A stretch of DNA of 39,177 nt from NCBI GenBank assembly GCA_947497195.1, contig CANMGM010000001.1, forward strand, positions 1 through 39,177. The letters run 5' to 3'. The notes beneath the pieces were generated by a model. It worked only from the letters and a program-made list of their open reading frames with translations, was not told where the DNA came from and ran no database searches. The position numbers and the translations under genes are program-made. This document shows positions 8,561 to 17,917 of this stretch, one piece after another. The DNA comes from Bacteroidota bacterium (GTDB taxonomy: Bacteria; Bacteroidota; Bacteroidia; M30B66). Positions within the stretch are counted from its first letter, which is position 1; the number at the start of each line of letters is the position of its first letter.

Positions 8561-9481
8561 TTGTTTCGTCCCGAACTTTTTATTCTAGGCTGCGGCTCCG
8601 CCACGCCAACCACGTATCGAAATCCAACCGCACAATTGCTGCGTTTCGAATCAGCCGATGTGCTTATCGACTGCGGCGAAGGAACACAGATGCAGCTGCT
8701 AAAGCACAAACTCAAATCCTCACGCATTCATTCTATCTTTATTTCGCATCTCCATGGCGATCATTACCTGGGCTTGCAAGGATTGCTTTCATCGATGCAT
8801 TTACTCGGACGAAAACAGGCGCTGCATCTTTACGGACCAGCGGCGCTGTTCAAATTGCTCGACCTTCAGTTTGAACTTTCCGAAACCGATTTACGGTATT
8901 CCTTGGTTTATCATGCCATCGATTGCGAATCAAAACAGCATATCGCCGAGCTGGAAGGCTTTGATGTATACACGTTTCCATTGAACCACCGTATACCCTG
9001 TTTCGGGTTTCAGTTTATCGAAAAACCAAAAGGCGGTAACCTACGCATGGATAGGGTTGCGCAATACCGCATTCCGGTTTCGGAATTCAAAAACATAAAA
9101 GCCGGTGGAGATTTTATAACGGCCAATCAATCCATCATTCCAAATTCGCTTCTCATAAAACCGGCACCAGCCCCTGTAAGTTATGCCTATTGTTCTGATA
9201 CGGCTTACGATGAAGCTGTTATAAAAGCCGTGCAGGGAACAACCTGGCTTTACCACGAGGCTACTTTTTTACACGAATTGAAAAATCGGGCCATTGAGAC
9301 CTTTCATAGCACGGCACTCGAGGCTGCACTGGCAGCTAAATCGGCACACGTTGAGCGATTAATTATTGGTCATTTTTCGTCGCGCTACCGCGAAACCGAA
9401 TTGCTCGAAATGGAGGCGAAATCCGTTTTCCCGAACACACAAGCAGCATACGATGGGTTGAAAGTCATACTTGATGCATGA
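8561..9481 (+). CDS. rnz: ribonuclease Z (metallo-beta-lactamase fold tRNA 3' endonuclease)
   Basis: FILGCGSATPT, the HLHGDHYLGL metal motif and a C-terminal HFS motif. The start is TTG (8561) and there is no in-frame ATG alternative near the conserved N-terminus. Confidence 0.9.
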   Translation: MFRPELFILGCGSATPTTYRNPTAQLLRFESADVLIDCGEGTQMQLLKHKLKSSRIHSIFISHLHGDHYLGLQGLLSSMHLLGRKQALHLYGPAALFKLLDLQFELSETDLRYSLVYHAIDCESKQHIAELEGFDVYTFPLNHRIPCFGFQFIEKPKGGNLRMDRVAQYRIPVSEFKNIKAGGDFITANQSIIPNSLLIKPAPAPVSYAYCSDTAYDEAVIKAVQGTTWLYHEATFLHELKNRAIETFHSTALEAALAAKSAHVERLIIGHFSSRYRETELLEMEAKSVFPNTQAAYDGLKVILDA

Positions 9482-9494
9482 CGCTGCACAATGA

Positions 9495-10307
9495 TTACGC
9501 GTGCCGAACCAGAAAATTAATCCCGAAGAAAAAATACTTCTTCAGAAAAGGATTGGAGCGCCAAAGTTTCTGCTCGCGCACTATTGCTTTTTCGTAACCC
9601 AATTTATTGAAAATTGCCGGTGGGAGGGCGCGCACATAATGAAGGGAATCATTCACCACAGTAAGGCCCTGCTTCGCTAGTTCTTTTTTCCAGGTATTGA
9701 TTGAACGAATATTCTCGTTGCCCAGTAAAATTTTCTTCTGAAGGCGCTCGTCGTAAATTTCAATGATGCGTTTATTCCCACGCTGCTTATAAAGCTTCAG
9801 GTTTTGAATGATGTTGCTCCCGTTTTCTTCAACAATTACCAATGAACCATCTTTCTTGAGGTGATTTGAAATGATGCGCAAAGCATCCTGCAAAGGCTCA
9901 AGATGATGCAGCGTATCCTGTATAATAATATAATCGAAGTCCTTCCGCTGAACAGATTCATCAAATAAATCCTCGTAATCATAGGTAAAACCAGAAACAT
10001 CGCCAAACTGCGACCAGTACTGCATACGCTGTGGCAATTCATTAATGTAAAACTCGAGCGTGGTGCCGTGCACTTTAAATCCGTTCAAGGCTAAAAAAAG
10101 TGCAGTGGTGCCATAACCGCATCCAATGTCCCAGGTTTGTGAATCGCGTTGCTGAATTTGCTTTTCGATGTATTCGAGGCGCTGGCAAAAATAGGCTTTG
10201 CGGAACTCGAGGCTTTTCGCATCTGTGTGAAATTTATAATACGACCAGAGCGATGGCATTTGCTCCAATTCCTTAACAAACAAATCGAAAAATTCGGCAA
10301 CCTTCAT
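9495..10307 (-). CDS. class I SAM-dependent methyltransferase, substrate unknown
   Basis: Motif I WDIGCGYGTTALFLALNG and post-II IIIQDTLHHL. Carries a ~100-aa C-terminal extension with no motif I recognise. Confidence 0.8.
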   Translation of the reverse strand: MKVAEFFDLFVKELEQMPSLWSYYKFHTDAKSLEFRKAYFCQRLEYIEKQIQQRDSQTWDIGCGYGTTALFLALNGFKVHGTTLEFYINELPQRMQYWSQFGDVSGFTYDYEDLFDESVQRKDFDYIIIQDTLHHLEPLQDALRIISNHLKKDGSLVIVEENGSNIIQNLKLYKQRGNKRIIEIYDERLQKKILLGNENIRSINTWKKELAKQGLTVVNDSLHYVRALPPAIFNKLGYEKAIVREQKLWRSNPFLKKYFFFGINFLVRHA

Positions 10308-10364
10308 ACCGCGCGAAAATAATGTAATTTAATACGCACGAACTAGAAACGTGAATTATACATT

Positions 10365-10964
10365 TCACTTTTCAGCCGAAAAGAGCAGTTCATTCCCCGA
10401 ACGCGCTTCGATGGAAGATTTGCATAATTCGAATTTCACTTTTGGAAAAAACGGCGAAAACAAATTTCGGTAAATTGTTTCACTTCCACCAAAGGGCGGC
10501 CTATCGCTGTTCATGGCACTTGCAAACAACACACCCCGAAGCGATCCGCCCGGCACCAAGATTCTATACATCATCTCAACATAAGCGCTTCGTAAACTGG
10601 GATGTAGCGCACAAAAAAACGTCTGCTCTAAAATCAAATCATAGCTTCCTTCGTGCTTAAAAAAATCGGCATGAATCAATTGCTCCTTGGGAAATTCGGG
10701 GATACGCTCATGAAAATTCCGGAGTGCATTTTCCGAAATATCCAGCACATAAACATTTTTAAACCCCAATCTCCACGCATACTCTGCTTCCCAGGCATTG
10801 CCGGCTCCGGGAATCAGAATGCGGATAATTTTATCGGAAAGCTCATCGAATATTGATTTGATTGGCCCTGAAACAGATCCAATATCCCAACCGGTTTCAT
10901 TGGTTTTGTATCGATTCGACCAAAAAGCTTCAGGATTATTCAGGATTTCGTCGGCGATGTTCAT
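10365..10964 (-). CDS. SAM-dependent methyltransferase, TPMT-like (thiopurine/thiol/halide methyltransferase family)
   Basis: FWSNRY....TGWDIG (Trp-rich N-terminus of the TPMT family) followed by RILIPGAGNAWEAEYAWRLGFKNVYVLDISENAL. Its ATG overlaps the rlmD stop (ATGA). Confidence 0.7.
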   Translation of the reverse strand: MNIADEILNNPEAFWSNRYKTNETGWDIGSVSGPIKSIFDELSDKIIRILIPGAGNAWEAEYAWRLGFKNVYVLDISENALRNFHERIPEFPKEQLIHADFFKHEGSYDLILEQTFFCALHPSLRSAYVEMMYRILVPGGSLRGVLFASAMNSDRPPFGGSETIYRNLFSPFFPKVKFELCKSSIEARSGNELLFSAEK

Positions 10965-12364
10965 CTCTTACGAAGTAACACAATATTCTCAACATGTGTG
11001 GTTTGCGGAAACATGTCGACCGGCTGCACCTGTTCAACCGCGTAAACGCTATCGAGCAATGCCAGATCGCGCGCTTGGGTAGAAGGATTACAACTCACGT
11101 AAATCACTTTTGTTGCGCCACTTTCGGCAATGCGCGCGCATACATCCGGATGCATGCCGGCACGCGGCGGATCGGCAACAATCACATCGGGCGAGCCATG
11201 CGTTTCGAAAAACGATGCAGTTAAAACATCTTTCATGTCGCCGGCAAAAAACAGTACGTTCGCAATGTCGTTTTCGGTTGCATTTATACGCGCATCTTCA
11301 ACGGCCGCCTCAACATATTCAACACCGGTAACAAATCCCGCATTGCGCGCCAGAAACAAGGCGATGGTTCCCGTCCCGGTATACAAATCATAGACACGCT
11401 CGTTGCCGCTCAATTGTGCCATTTCGCGCACTTTTCCATATAAGCGTTCGGCCTGTTCGGGATTGGTCTGGTAGAACGATTTCGGTCCGATACGGAAACG
11501 CAAGCCTTCCATTTGCTCCTCAATATAGGCTTGTCCGTAAAACAACTTGACGTCGAGATCATACCAAACATCGTTTTTCTTGGTATTTACTGCATACATG
11601 AGCGACGTAACCATGGGAAAATTATCGCGAACGGCAGCCATCATGGTATGCAAAGCCTCATTGTCCTCGGTCGCGCTGAACACCACCATCCAATTGCCCG
11701 AACGCGTATTGCGGAGCATTAAATTGCGCAGGAATCCTTCGTGGCTGCGCGGATGGTAAAATGTGAATCCGGCCTCAAAAGCATAATCGCGCACAAAATT
11801 GCGAATCCGATTGGCGGTATCATCCTGCAGATAACATTTTTCAATTGGAAGGATTTTATCGAAACGACCGGGAATGTGGAATCCCAACGCACGTTTATCG
11901 ATTGGACCATCGTTTTCCTGCAATTCAGAAACCTCAAGCCAGCGTGATGCCGAGAAGGTATATTCCATTTTGTTGCGGTACGAAAACACTTCAGGCGCTC
12001 CCATAATCGGATGCACCCCGCTCAATTCAATTTTACCGATACGCTGTAGGGCATCGAGTACTGTTTTTTCTTTGTGCAGAAGCTGCTCTTCGTACTTCAG
12101 ATTTTGCCAGGTACACCCTCCACACAATCCATAATGGCGGCAAACGGGTTCGGTGCGCTTATCGCTTTGTTTGTGGAATTTTATAACCGAAGCTTCGCGG
12201 TATCCGCTTTTTTTCCGGAATACGCGAACATCCGCAACATCGCCGCTAACGGCGCCTTCTACAAACACAACCAGGTTATCTAAGCGAGCAATGCCTCGCC
12301 CATCCGATGCCATGCCGCTTATCTCAAGTTGCTCGTAAATCTGTTCCACTTTTTGCTTTTTCAT
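10961..12364 (-). CDS. rlmD: 23S rRNA (uracil-C5)-methyltransferase RlmD/RumA family
   Basis: N-terminal TRAM domain (GRGIARLDNLVVFVEGAVSGD), Fe-S cluster CRHYGLCGGCTWQ, SAM motif DLYTGTGTIAL, and a catalytic region YVSCNPST. Confidence 0.9.
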   Translation of the reverse strand: MKKQKVEQIYEQLEISGMASDGRGIARLDNLVVFVEGAVSGDVADVRVFRKKSGYREASVIKFHKQSDKRTEPVCRHYGLCGGCTWQNLKYEEQLLHKEKTVLDALQRIGKIELSGVHPIMGAPEVFSYRNKMEYTFSASRWLEVSELQENDGPIDKRALGFHIPGRFDKILPIEKCYLQDDTANRIRNFVRDYAFEAGFTFYHPRSHEGFLRNLMLRNTRSGNWMVVFSATEDNEALHTMMAAVRDNFPMVTSLMYAVNTKKNDVWYDLDVKLFYGQAYIEEQMEGLRFRIGPKSFYQTNPEQAERLYGKVREMAQLSGNERVYDLYTGTGTIALFLARNAGFVTGVEYVEAAVEDARINATENDIANVLFFAGDMKDVLTASFFETHGSPDVIVADPPRAGMHPDVCARIAESGATKVIYVSCNPSTQARDLALLDSVYAVEQVQPVDMFPQTTHVENIVLLRKR

Positions 12365-12422
12365 CCCACGTTAATTTTCGCGTTGCAAATTGGGTAAAAA
12401 AGCACGATGTGGAGCAAAATAT

Positions 12423-12430
12423 TACCTTTG
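12423..12430 (+). promoter_or_regulatory. Bacteroidetes -7 promoter element (TAccTTTG)
   Basis: Exact TAnnTTTG match 30 nt upstream of the rocD ATG. An unusual SD-like aggaggg also lies 8 nt before the ATG. Confidence 0.45.
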
Positions 12431-12460
12431 TGCACATAAAATTTTCAGGAGGGAAGGCTT

Positions 12461-13696
12461 ATGAGCAACACAACATCAACGGCTGTTATGCAAAGCAACG
12501 CAGCATACATAGAACTCGAAGAGCACCATAGCGCGCACAATTACCATCCCTTACCAGTGGTGCTTGAGCGCGGCGAAGGCGTTTTTGTGTGGGATGTTGA
12601 AGGCAAGCGTTATTTTGATTTCCTTTCGGCCTATTCGGCTGTAAACCAAGGGCACTGCCATCCGCGCATTATCAATGCATTGATTGAGCAGGCCAAACGC
12701 ATTACACTTACTTCACGTGCTTTTCATAATAGCGAGTTTGCGAACTTCTCGGCTTACATTACGCAGTATTTCGGTTACGACCGTGTATTGCCAATGAATA
12801 CAGGTGCCGAAGGCGTTGAAACGGCAATAAAACTCTGCCGCAAATGGGCCTACCAGAAAAAAGGTATTCCACAAAACGATGCGCTGATTGTTGTGTGCGA
12901 CCAGAATTTTCACGGGCGAACTATCTCGATTGTTTCGGCTTCGACCGATCCCGATTCGCGCCGCGATTTTGGTCCATTTACGCCCGGATTTTTAGTAATT
13001 CCATACAGCGATACACACGCACTTGCAGAGGCGCTCAAGAATCCGAATATCGCCGGATTTCTTATTGAACCCATGCAGGGCGAAGCAGGCGTGAACGTTC
13101 CCGACGAAGGATTTTTAGCAGAAGCTGCGGCCCTTTGTAAAAAGCACAATGTGCTGTTTATTGCCGATGAAATTCAGACAGGCATTGCCCGTACCGGAAA
13201 ATTGCTGGCCTGCGATCACGAAGGGGTTAAGCCCGATTTGCTCATTCTTGGGAAGGCACTTTCGGGAGGAGTTTACCCGGTTTCGGCTGTTTTGAGCAGC
13301 GACGAAGTGATGTTGTGCATCAAACCGGGCGAACACGGATCGACCTTTGGCGGAAATCCGCTGGCATGCCACGTTGCGCGTGAGGCGCTGGAAGTTATAA
13401 AGGACGAAAAACTCGCTGAGAATGCAGAGCGATTGGGACAAATGTTGCGCAATAAGCTGCGGGGAATGAACCATCCAAAAATAAAGTTGGTGAGAGGAAA
13501 GGGCTTGCTGAATGCCATCGTAATAAACGAAAACGATGGTGTCTCGGCATGGGATATTTGTATTCGCATGATGGAGCGTGGATTATTGGCAAAGCCAACG
13601 CATGGCAACATCATTCGCTTTGCACCTCCGTTGGTAATTAACGAAACTCAATTGCTCGAATGCGTTTCGATTATTGAAGCAAGTCTGAATGCCTAA
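12461..13696 (+). CDS. rocD: ornithine--oxo-acid aminotransferase
   Basis: [55 protein letters not shown] and PLP-lysine context LGKALSGG are characteristic of OAT/RocD class-III aminotransferases. Confidence 0.9.
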   Translation: MSNTTSTAVMQSNAAYIELEEHHSAHNYHPLPVVLERGEGVFVWDVEGKRYFDFLSAYSAVNQGHCHPRIINALIEQAKRITLTSRAFHNSEFANFSAYITQYFGYDRVLPMNTGAEGVETAIKLCRKWAYQKKGIPQNDALIVVCDQNFHGRTISIVSASTDPDSRRDFGPFTPGFLVIPYSDTHALAEALKNPNIAGFLIEPMQGEAGVNVPDEGFLAEAAALCKKHNVLFIADEIQTGIARTGKLLACDHEGVKPDLLILGKALSGGVYPVSAVLSSDEVMLCIKPGEHGSTFGGNPLACHVAREALEVIKDEKLAENAERLGQMLRNKLRGMNHPKIKLVRGKGLLNAIVINENDGVSAWDICIRMMERGLLAKPTHGNIIRFAPPLVINETQLLECVSIIEASLNA

Positions 13697-14183
13697 ACCA
13701 GGGCGACAATTCCTCGTTCGAATCGCTCTTTTTGCAGTATTAGCCATAGCGGGCGCATACCAATACCGTAAATACAGGATTGCACCCGATTTACCGAATG
13801 AGGGTTTCGATGTAGAAGCCCTACGTGGAGAGCCCATAACAATTCATCCGGGACAAAACGGAGCCATGATTGTAAAATTCTTCGCCACTTGGTGCATCGA
13901 TTGCCGCCGCGAACTGCCCGATTTGAAAGCAAAGGCCGAATTGTTTAAGCGTTACAATGTTCAGGTTATTCTTCTAAGCGACGAAGCGAGAGATGACTTA
14001 TCGTTTTTTGCCGAACGCGAAGCACTGCCATTCCCGATTTACAGACTGCCGAAGAAGTTTAAGGAATATGGGATTTATACTTTGCCGACCACCTATTTTT
14101 ATTCAAAAAACGGAGAGACAAATAGACGTTACACTGGCAACTATGAAATTAAAGCGGATGATTTACTTGAACTAAACCAGTAA
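13689..14183 (+). CDS. membrane-anchored TlpA/redoxin-like thiol:disulfide oxidoreductase
   Basis: N-terminal TM helix [15 protein letters not shown] and thioredoxin-fold active site [14 protein letters not shown] (CxxC). Overlaps the rocD 3' end by 8 nt. Confidence 0.8.
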   Translation: MPKPGRQFLVRIALFAVLAIAGAYQYRKYRIAPDLPNEGFDVEALRGEPITIHPGQNGAMIVKFFATWCIDCRRELPDLKAKAELFKRYNVQVILLSDEARDDLSFFAEREALPFPIYRLPKKFKEYGIYTLPTTYFYSKNGETNRRYTGNYEIKADDLLELNQ

Positions 14184-14879
14184 CGCAATCAATTCATCCA
14201 CAAGCTTAGGCAAGGCCTTACTAGCCGGTTCTTTAAGATGTTTCAGGTTCTCGATCGGCTGACCAGAATAATCGGATGGATCGACGTAATACTTTTTACT
14301 TCCATGTGGAGCCGTGTGTAAAAGTCCGGCAGCGGGATAAACCTGCAACGAAGTGCCTATTACCAATACAATTTCGGCTTGCGCAAAATAGGCGGCGGCT
14401 GGTTCGATGAGTGGCACCGCTTCGCCAAACCATACAATATCGGGTCGAAGCAAATCGCCGGATTCGTTTCGCTTTCCGTATTCGACTGCTTCATAGCCAA
14501 CATGTACCGACGTACCCAGACCTTTTACGCTGCGCAGTTTTACCAATTCGCCGTGCAGATGAATGAGATTTTTGCTGCCAGCACGTTCGTGCAAATCGTC
14601 GACATTCTGCGTAATAACCACTGTGGGAAAATGCTGCTCGAGTTTAGCAAGGGCATAATGCGCTGCATTGGGCATTACCTCGGCCAAGTGCATGCGGCGC
14701 ATGTTGTAGAAGCGCGTTACCAGCTCGGGATTGCGTTGCCAGGCTTCGGGTGTTGCCACGTCTTCGATGGCGTATTCTTCCCACAATCCATTTGAATCGC
14801 GAAAAGTGCGAATGCCGCTTTCGGCCGAGATTCCAGCCCCGGTTAATACGGCAATTCGCGGCGCTGCTGAATTGTTCAT
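14172..14879 (-). CDS. cobB: Sir2-family NAD-dependent protein deacylase (sirtuin)
   Basis: GAGISAESGIRTFRD, TQNVDDLHERAG, catalytic HLHG and RPDIVWFGE. The translation contains no cysteine. Converges on the TlpA-like gene with a 12-nt overlap. Confidence 0.9.
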   Translation of the reverse strand: MNNSAAPRIAVLTGAGISAESGIRTFRDSNGLWEEYAIEDVATPEAWQRNPELVTRFYNMRRMHLAEVMPNAAHYALAKLEQHFPTVVITQNVDDLHERAGSKNLIHLHGELVKLRSVKGLGTSVHVGYEAVEYGKRNESGDLLRPDIVWFGEAVPLIEPAAAYFAQAEIVLVIGTSLQVYPAAGLLHTAPHGSKKYYVDPSDYSGQPIENLKHLKEPASKALPKLVDELIALLV

Positions 14880-14965
14880 GTTGCTTGATTGTCTTTTATT
14901 TTAATACATCAGAAAGATAGTCGAAAAAACACAAAAAAAGGAAAGATGCTCTGAAAATTTGAATT

Positions 14966-14973
14966 ATTTTTGG
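14966..14973 (+). promoter_or_regulatory. Bacteroidetes -7 promoter element (TAttTTTG)
   Basis: Exact TAnnTTTG match 53 nt upstream of the maeB ATG. Confidence 0.45.
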
Positions 14974-15026
14974 CGCTTGCGAAAAAGTGAAGTCGGATTA
15001 AATGGCTTCGCTGTGATGCTCGAAAA

Positions 15027-17294
15027 ATGGACGATTACAGAAAAAAACAAGCCCTCGATTACCATGCAAAAGGGAAACCGGGGAAGATACAGGTTGTGCC
15101 CACAAAGCCAACCTCCACACAACGCGATTTATCGCTGGCCTATTCGCCTGGCGTGGCCGAACCCTGCATCGAAATTCACGAAAATCCGGGCGATGTTTAC
15201 AAATACACCGCAAAAGGAAACTTGGTTGCTGTTATTTCAAACGGCACCGCCGTTTTAGGATTGGGCAATATCGGTCCCGAAGCTTCGAAGCCTGTTATGG
15301 AAGGCAAGGGCGTTTTGTTCAAGATTTTTGCCGACATCGATGTGTTCGACATTGAAGTTGATGCCAACGACATCGAAGGATTTGTGAATACCGTGAAAGC
15401 AATTTCGCCTACGTTCGGAGGAATAAATCTGGAAGATATCAAAGCGCCCGAATGTTTCGAAATTGAACGGAGATTAAAGGAAGCGCTATCGATTCCGATT
15501 ATGCACGACGACCAGCACGGAACAGCGATTATTACCGGCTCGGCCTTGTTGAATGCATTGGAATTGGCCGGAAAGAAGATCTCGGACGTGCGCGTGGTGT
15601 TTAACGGCGCCGGTGCATCGGCTATATCGTGTGCGAGTTTGTATTTGCAATTGGGCGTAAAATCCGAAAATCTGATCATGTGCGACTCTACCGGGGTTAT
15701 TTCGACCAAACGAAGCGACCTCGATGCACAAAAGCAGCGCTTTGCGCGCGATGTAGCCTTTACCAATCTCGAAGAAGCTTTGGTTGGAGCCGATGTTTTT
15801 GTTGGCCTGTCGAAAGGCAATATTGTTTCGAAAACCATGATTGCATCGATGGCGCCAAAAGCGGTTGTATTTGCCTTGGCGAATCCCGATCCTGAAATAA
15901 CCTACAACGATGCCGTTGATGCACGTCCCGATATTATCATGGCTACGGGTCGTTCTGATTTCCCAAATCAAGTGAACAACGTATTGGGCTTCCCGTTCAT
16001 TTTCCGCGGGGCGCTCGATGTGCGCGCAACAGCCATAAACGAAGCCATGAAGCTGGCTGCGGTGTATGCCATTGCCGAGCTTGCAAAGCAGCCGGTTCCC
16101 GAAATGGTGAACATGGCTTACAACAAAACAAATCTTGAATTTGGCCCGGAATACATCATTCCCAAGCCACTCGATCCGCGATTGATTACCACGGTTGCTC
16201 CGGCTGTTGCCAAAGCGGCGATGGAATCGGGAGTGGCCCAAGCGCCGATTAGCAATTGGGATGCCTATACCGAACAACTTTCACAGCGCATGGGGCTCGA
16301 TAACAAGCTCATCGACCGATTGACCACACGCGCCAAGACCGATCCGAAACGCGTGGTATTTGCCGAAGCCGATCATTATAAAATTCTTAAGGCAGCGCAG
16401 GTTTGCAGAAACGAAGGAATTGCCATTCCGATTCTGTTGGGGAACCGCGAAAAAATCGAGCGCATTGCCGAAGAAAACAATATCCGTATCGACGGACTGG
16501 AAATTATTGATCCACGTAGCTCCGAAGAGGCCGAACGAGTTGGTAAGTTTGGAGATGAGTTCTATGAATTACGCAAGCGCCGAGGATTCACAATTTATGA
16601 GGCGCGCAAAATTATGCGCGAACGGAATTATTTCGGTTCAATGCTGGTGCGCACCGGTATGGCCGAAGCACTTATCTCGGGCCTCACGCGCAAATATCCC
16701 GATACGATTCGTCCAGCGCTGCAGGTTATCGGCATTCGCGATGGTTTGAAACGCGTTGCAGGCTTATACATTATGATGACCAAAAAAGGTCCGTACTTTT
16801 TTGCCGATACCACAGTTAATATTAATCCTTCAGCCGAGGAACTTGCCGAAATTACCGTGTTGGTTGCACAGGCTGTTCAGAATTTACACATCACTCCCAA
16901 AATCGCCTTGCTGTCGTATGCCAATTTCGGATCTTCGGAAGGCGATGATTCCATCAAATCGCGCGAGGCTGTTCGTATTTTGCACGAAAAGCATCCACAC
17001 CTTATTGTTGATGGTGAATTGCAGGCCAACTTTGCATTAAACAGTGAAATGCTTCAAGAACAGTTTCCGTTTTCGAAACTGGCAGGCCAGCAAGTAAACA
17101 CCTTAATTTTCCCGAATCTTTCAGCAGGCAACATTGCCTACAAGCTGATGCAGGAAATTGGCGGTGCCGAAGCCATTGGTCCATTGTTGCTTGGCATGAA
17201 AAAACCTGTGCATGTGCTCCAATTGGGAAGCTCGGTGCGCGAGATTGTGAATATGGTTACCTTAGCAGTTGTCGACGCTCAAAACCGCAGTTAA
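15027..17294 (+). CDS. maeB: NADP-dependent malic enzyme with C-terminal phosphate-acetyltransferase-like domain
   Basis: 755 aa. DLSLAYSPGVA, VISNGTAVLGLGNIG, MHDDQHGTA and FNGAGASA in the N-terminal malic enzyme part, plus a ~330-aa PTA-like C-terminal domain. Confidence 0.95.
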   Translation: MDDYRKKQALDYHAKGKPGKIQVVPTKPTSTQRDLSLAYSPGVAEPCIEIHENPGDVYKYTAKGNLVAVISNGTAVLGLGNIGPEASKPVMEGKGVLFKIFADIDVFDIEVDANDIEGFVNTVKAISPTFGGINLEDIKAPECFEIERRLKEALSIPIMHDDQHGTAIITGSALLNALELAGKKISDVRVVFNGAGASAISCASLYLQLGVKSENLIMCDSTGVISTKRSDLDAQKQRFARDVAFTNLEEALVGADVFVGLSKGNIVSKTMIASMAPKAVVFALANPDPEITYNDAVDARPDIIMATGRSDFPNQVNNVLGFPFIFRGALDVRATAINEAMKLAAVYAIAELAKQPVPEMVNMAYNKTNLEFGPEYIIPKPLDPRLITTVAPAVAKAAMESGVAQAPISNWDAYTEQLSQRMGLDNKLIDRLTTRAKTDPKRVVFAEADHYKILKAAQVCRNEGIAIPILLGNREKIERIAEENNIRIDGLEIIDPRSSEEAERVGKFGDEFYELRKRRGFTIYEARKIMRERNYFGSMLVRTGMAEALISGLTRKYPDTIRPALQVIGIRDGLKRVAGLYIMMTKKGPYFFADTTVNINPSAEELAEITVLVAQAVQNLHITPKIALLSYANFGSSEGDDSIKSREAVRILHEKHPHLIVDGELQANFALNSEMLQEQFPFSKLAGQQVNTLIFPNLSAGNIAYKLMQEIGGAEAIGPLLLGMKKPVHVLQLGSSVREIVNMVTLAVVDAQNRS

Positions 17295-17296
17295 CG

Positions 17297-17881
17297 ATGT
17301 ACGATTATATATCCGGAACATTGGTTGAAAAAACACCCACCTACGCAGTGATTGATGCGGGCGGTGTCGGTTATTACCTCAACATCAGCCTGTCGACCTT
17401 CAGTGCAATTGCAGCAAAAGAAAAAACGATGCTGTATGCGCACCTCGCAATCAAGGAAGATGCACATAGTCTATATGGTTTCGCTACACGCAGCGAACGC
17501 GAAACATTTCGCATGCTCATTCAGGTTTCGGGAGTCGGTGCATCGACTGCACGCATGATTTTATCGTCGCTATCTGCCGAAGAAATTGCCGAATGTGTGA
17601 TGTTCGGGCAGGTTGCTAAACTGAAGGCTGTAAAAGGCATTGGAGAGAAAACAGCTCAGCGGATTCTCATCGACTTGAAAGGTAAATTTGACGGGGTCGA
17701 TTTGCAACAGGAAATTTTTTCATCACCGCACAATACTATCCGATTTGAGGCGTTAACGGCTCTGACTTTATTGGGCTTTCCCAAAGCCGCTGCAGAAAAA
17801 GCGCTTGATAAAGCCCTGAAGTCGAGCAACGAAAACCTAACCGTTGAAGAACTTATTAAACATGCATTAAAAATGATCTGA
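17297..17881 (+). CDS. ruvA: Holliday junction branch migration complex subunit RuvA
   Basis: MYDYISG.LVEK.P.Y.VIDAGGVGY, and HhH motifs L..V.GVG...A..IL and VKGIGEKTAQRI. Starts 2 nt after the maeB stop. Confidence 0.93.
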   Translation: MYDYISGTLVEKTPTYAVIDAGGVGYYLNISLSTFSAIAAKEKTMLYAHLAIKEDAHSLYGFATRSERETFRMLIQVSGVGASTARMILSSLSAEEIAECVMFGQVAKLKAVKGIGEKTAQRILIDLKGKFDGVDLQQEIFSSPHNTIRFEALTALTLLGFPKAAAEKALDKALKSSNENLTVEELIKHALKMI

Positions 17882-17917
17882 CCTACTATTGTCGGAACGT
17901 AAGCGCTACATCATCGT

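Noticed and set aside
12440-12460. SD-like aggaggg 8 nt upstream of the rocD ATG as a sign of foreign origin.
   Set aside because: It is a single occurrence, and the rocD composition and flanking synteny look native. Occasional purine-rich leaders occur in Bacteroidetes.
14172-14879. SIR2-domain protein as a possible antiphage defence effector (Thoeris ThsA, DSR or SIR2-HerA type).
   Set aside because: It is a short single-domain protein of 235 aa with full housekeeping CobB-type sirtuin motifs. It has no SLOG, HerA, pAgo, TIR or large sensor partner, and it is flanked by core metabolic genes.
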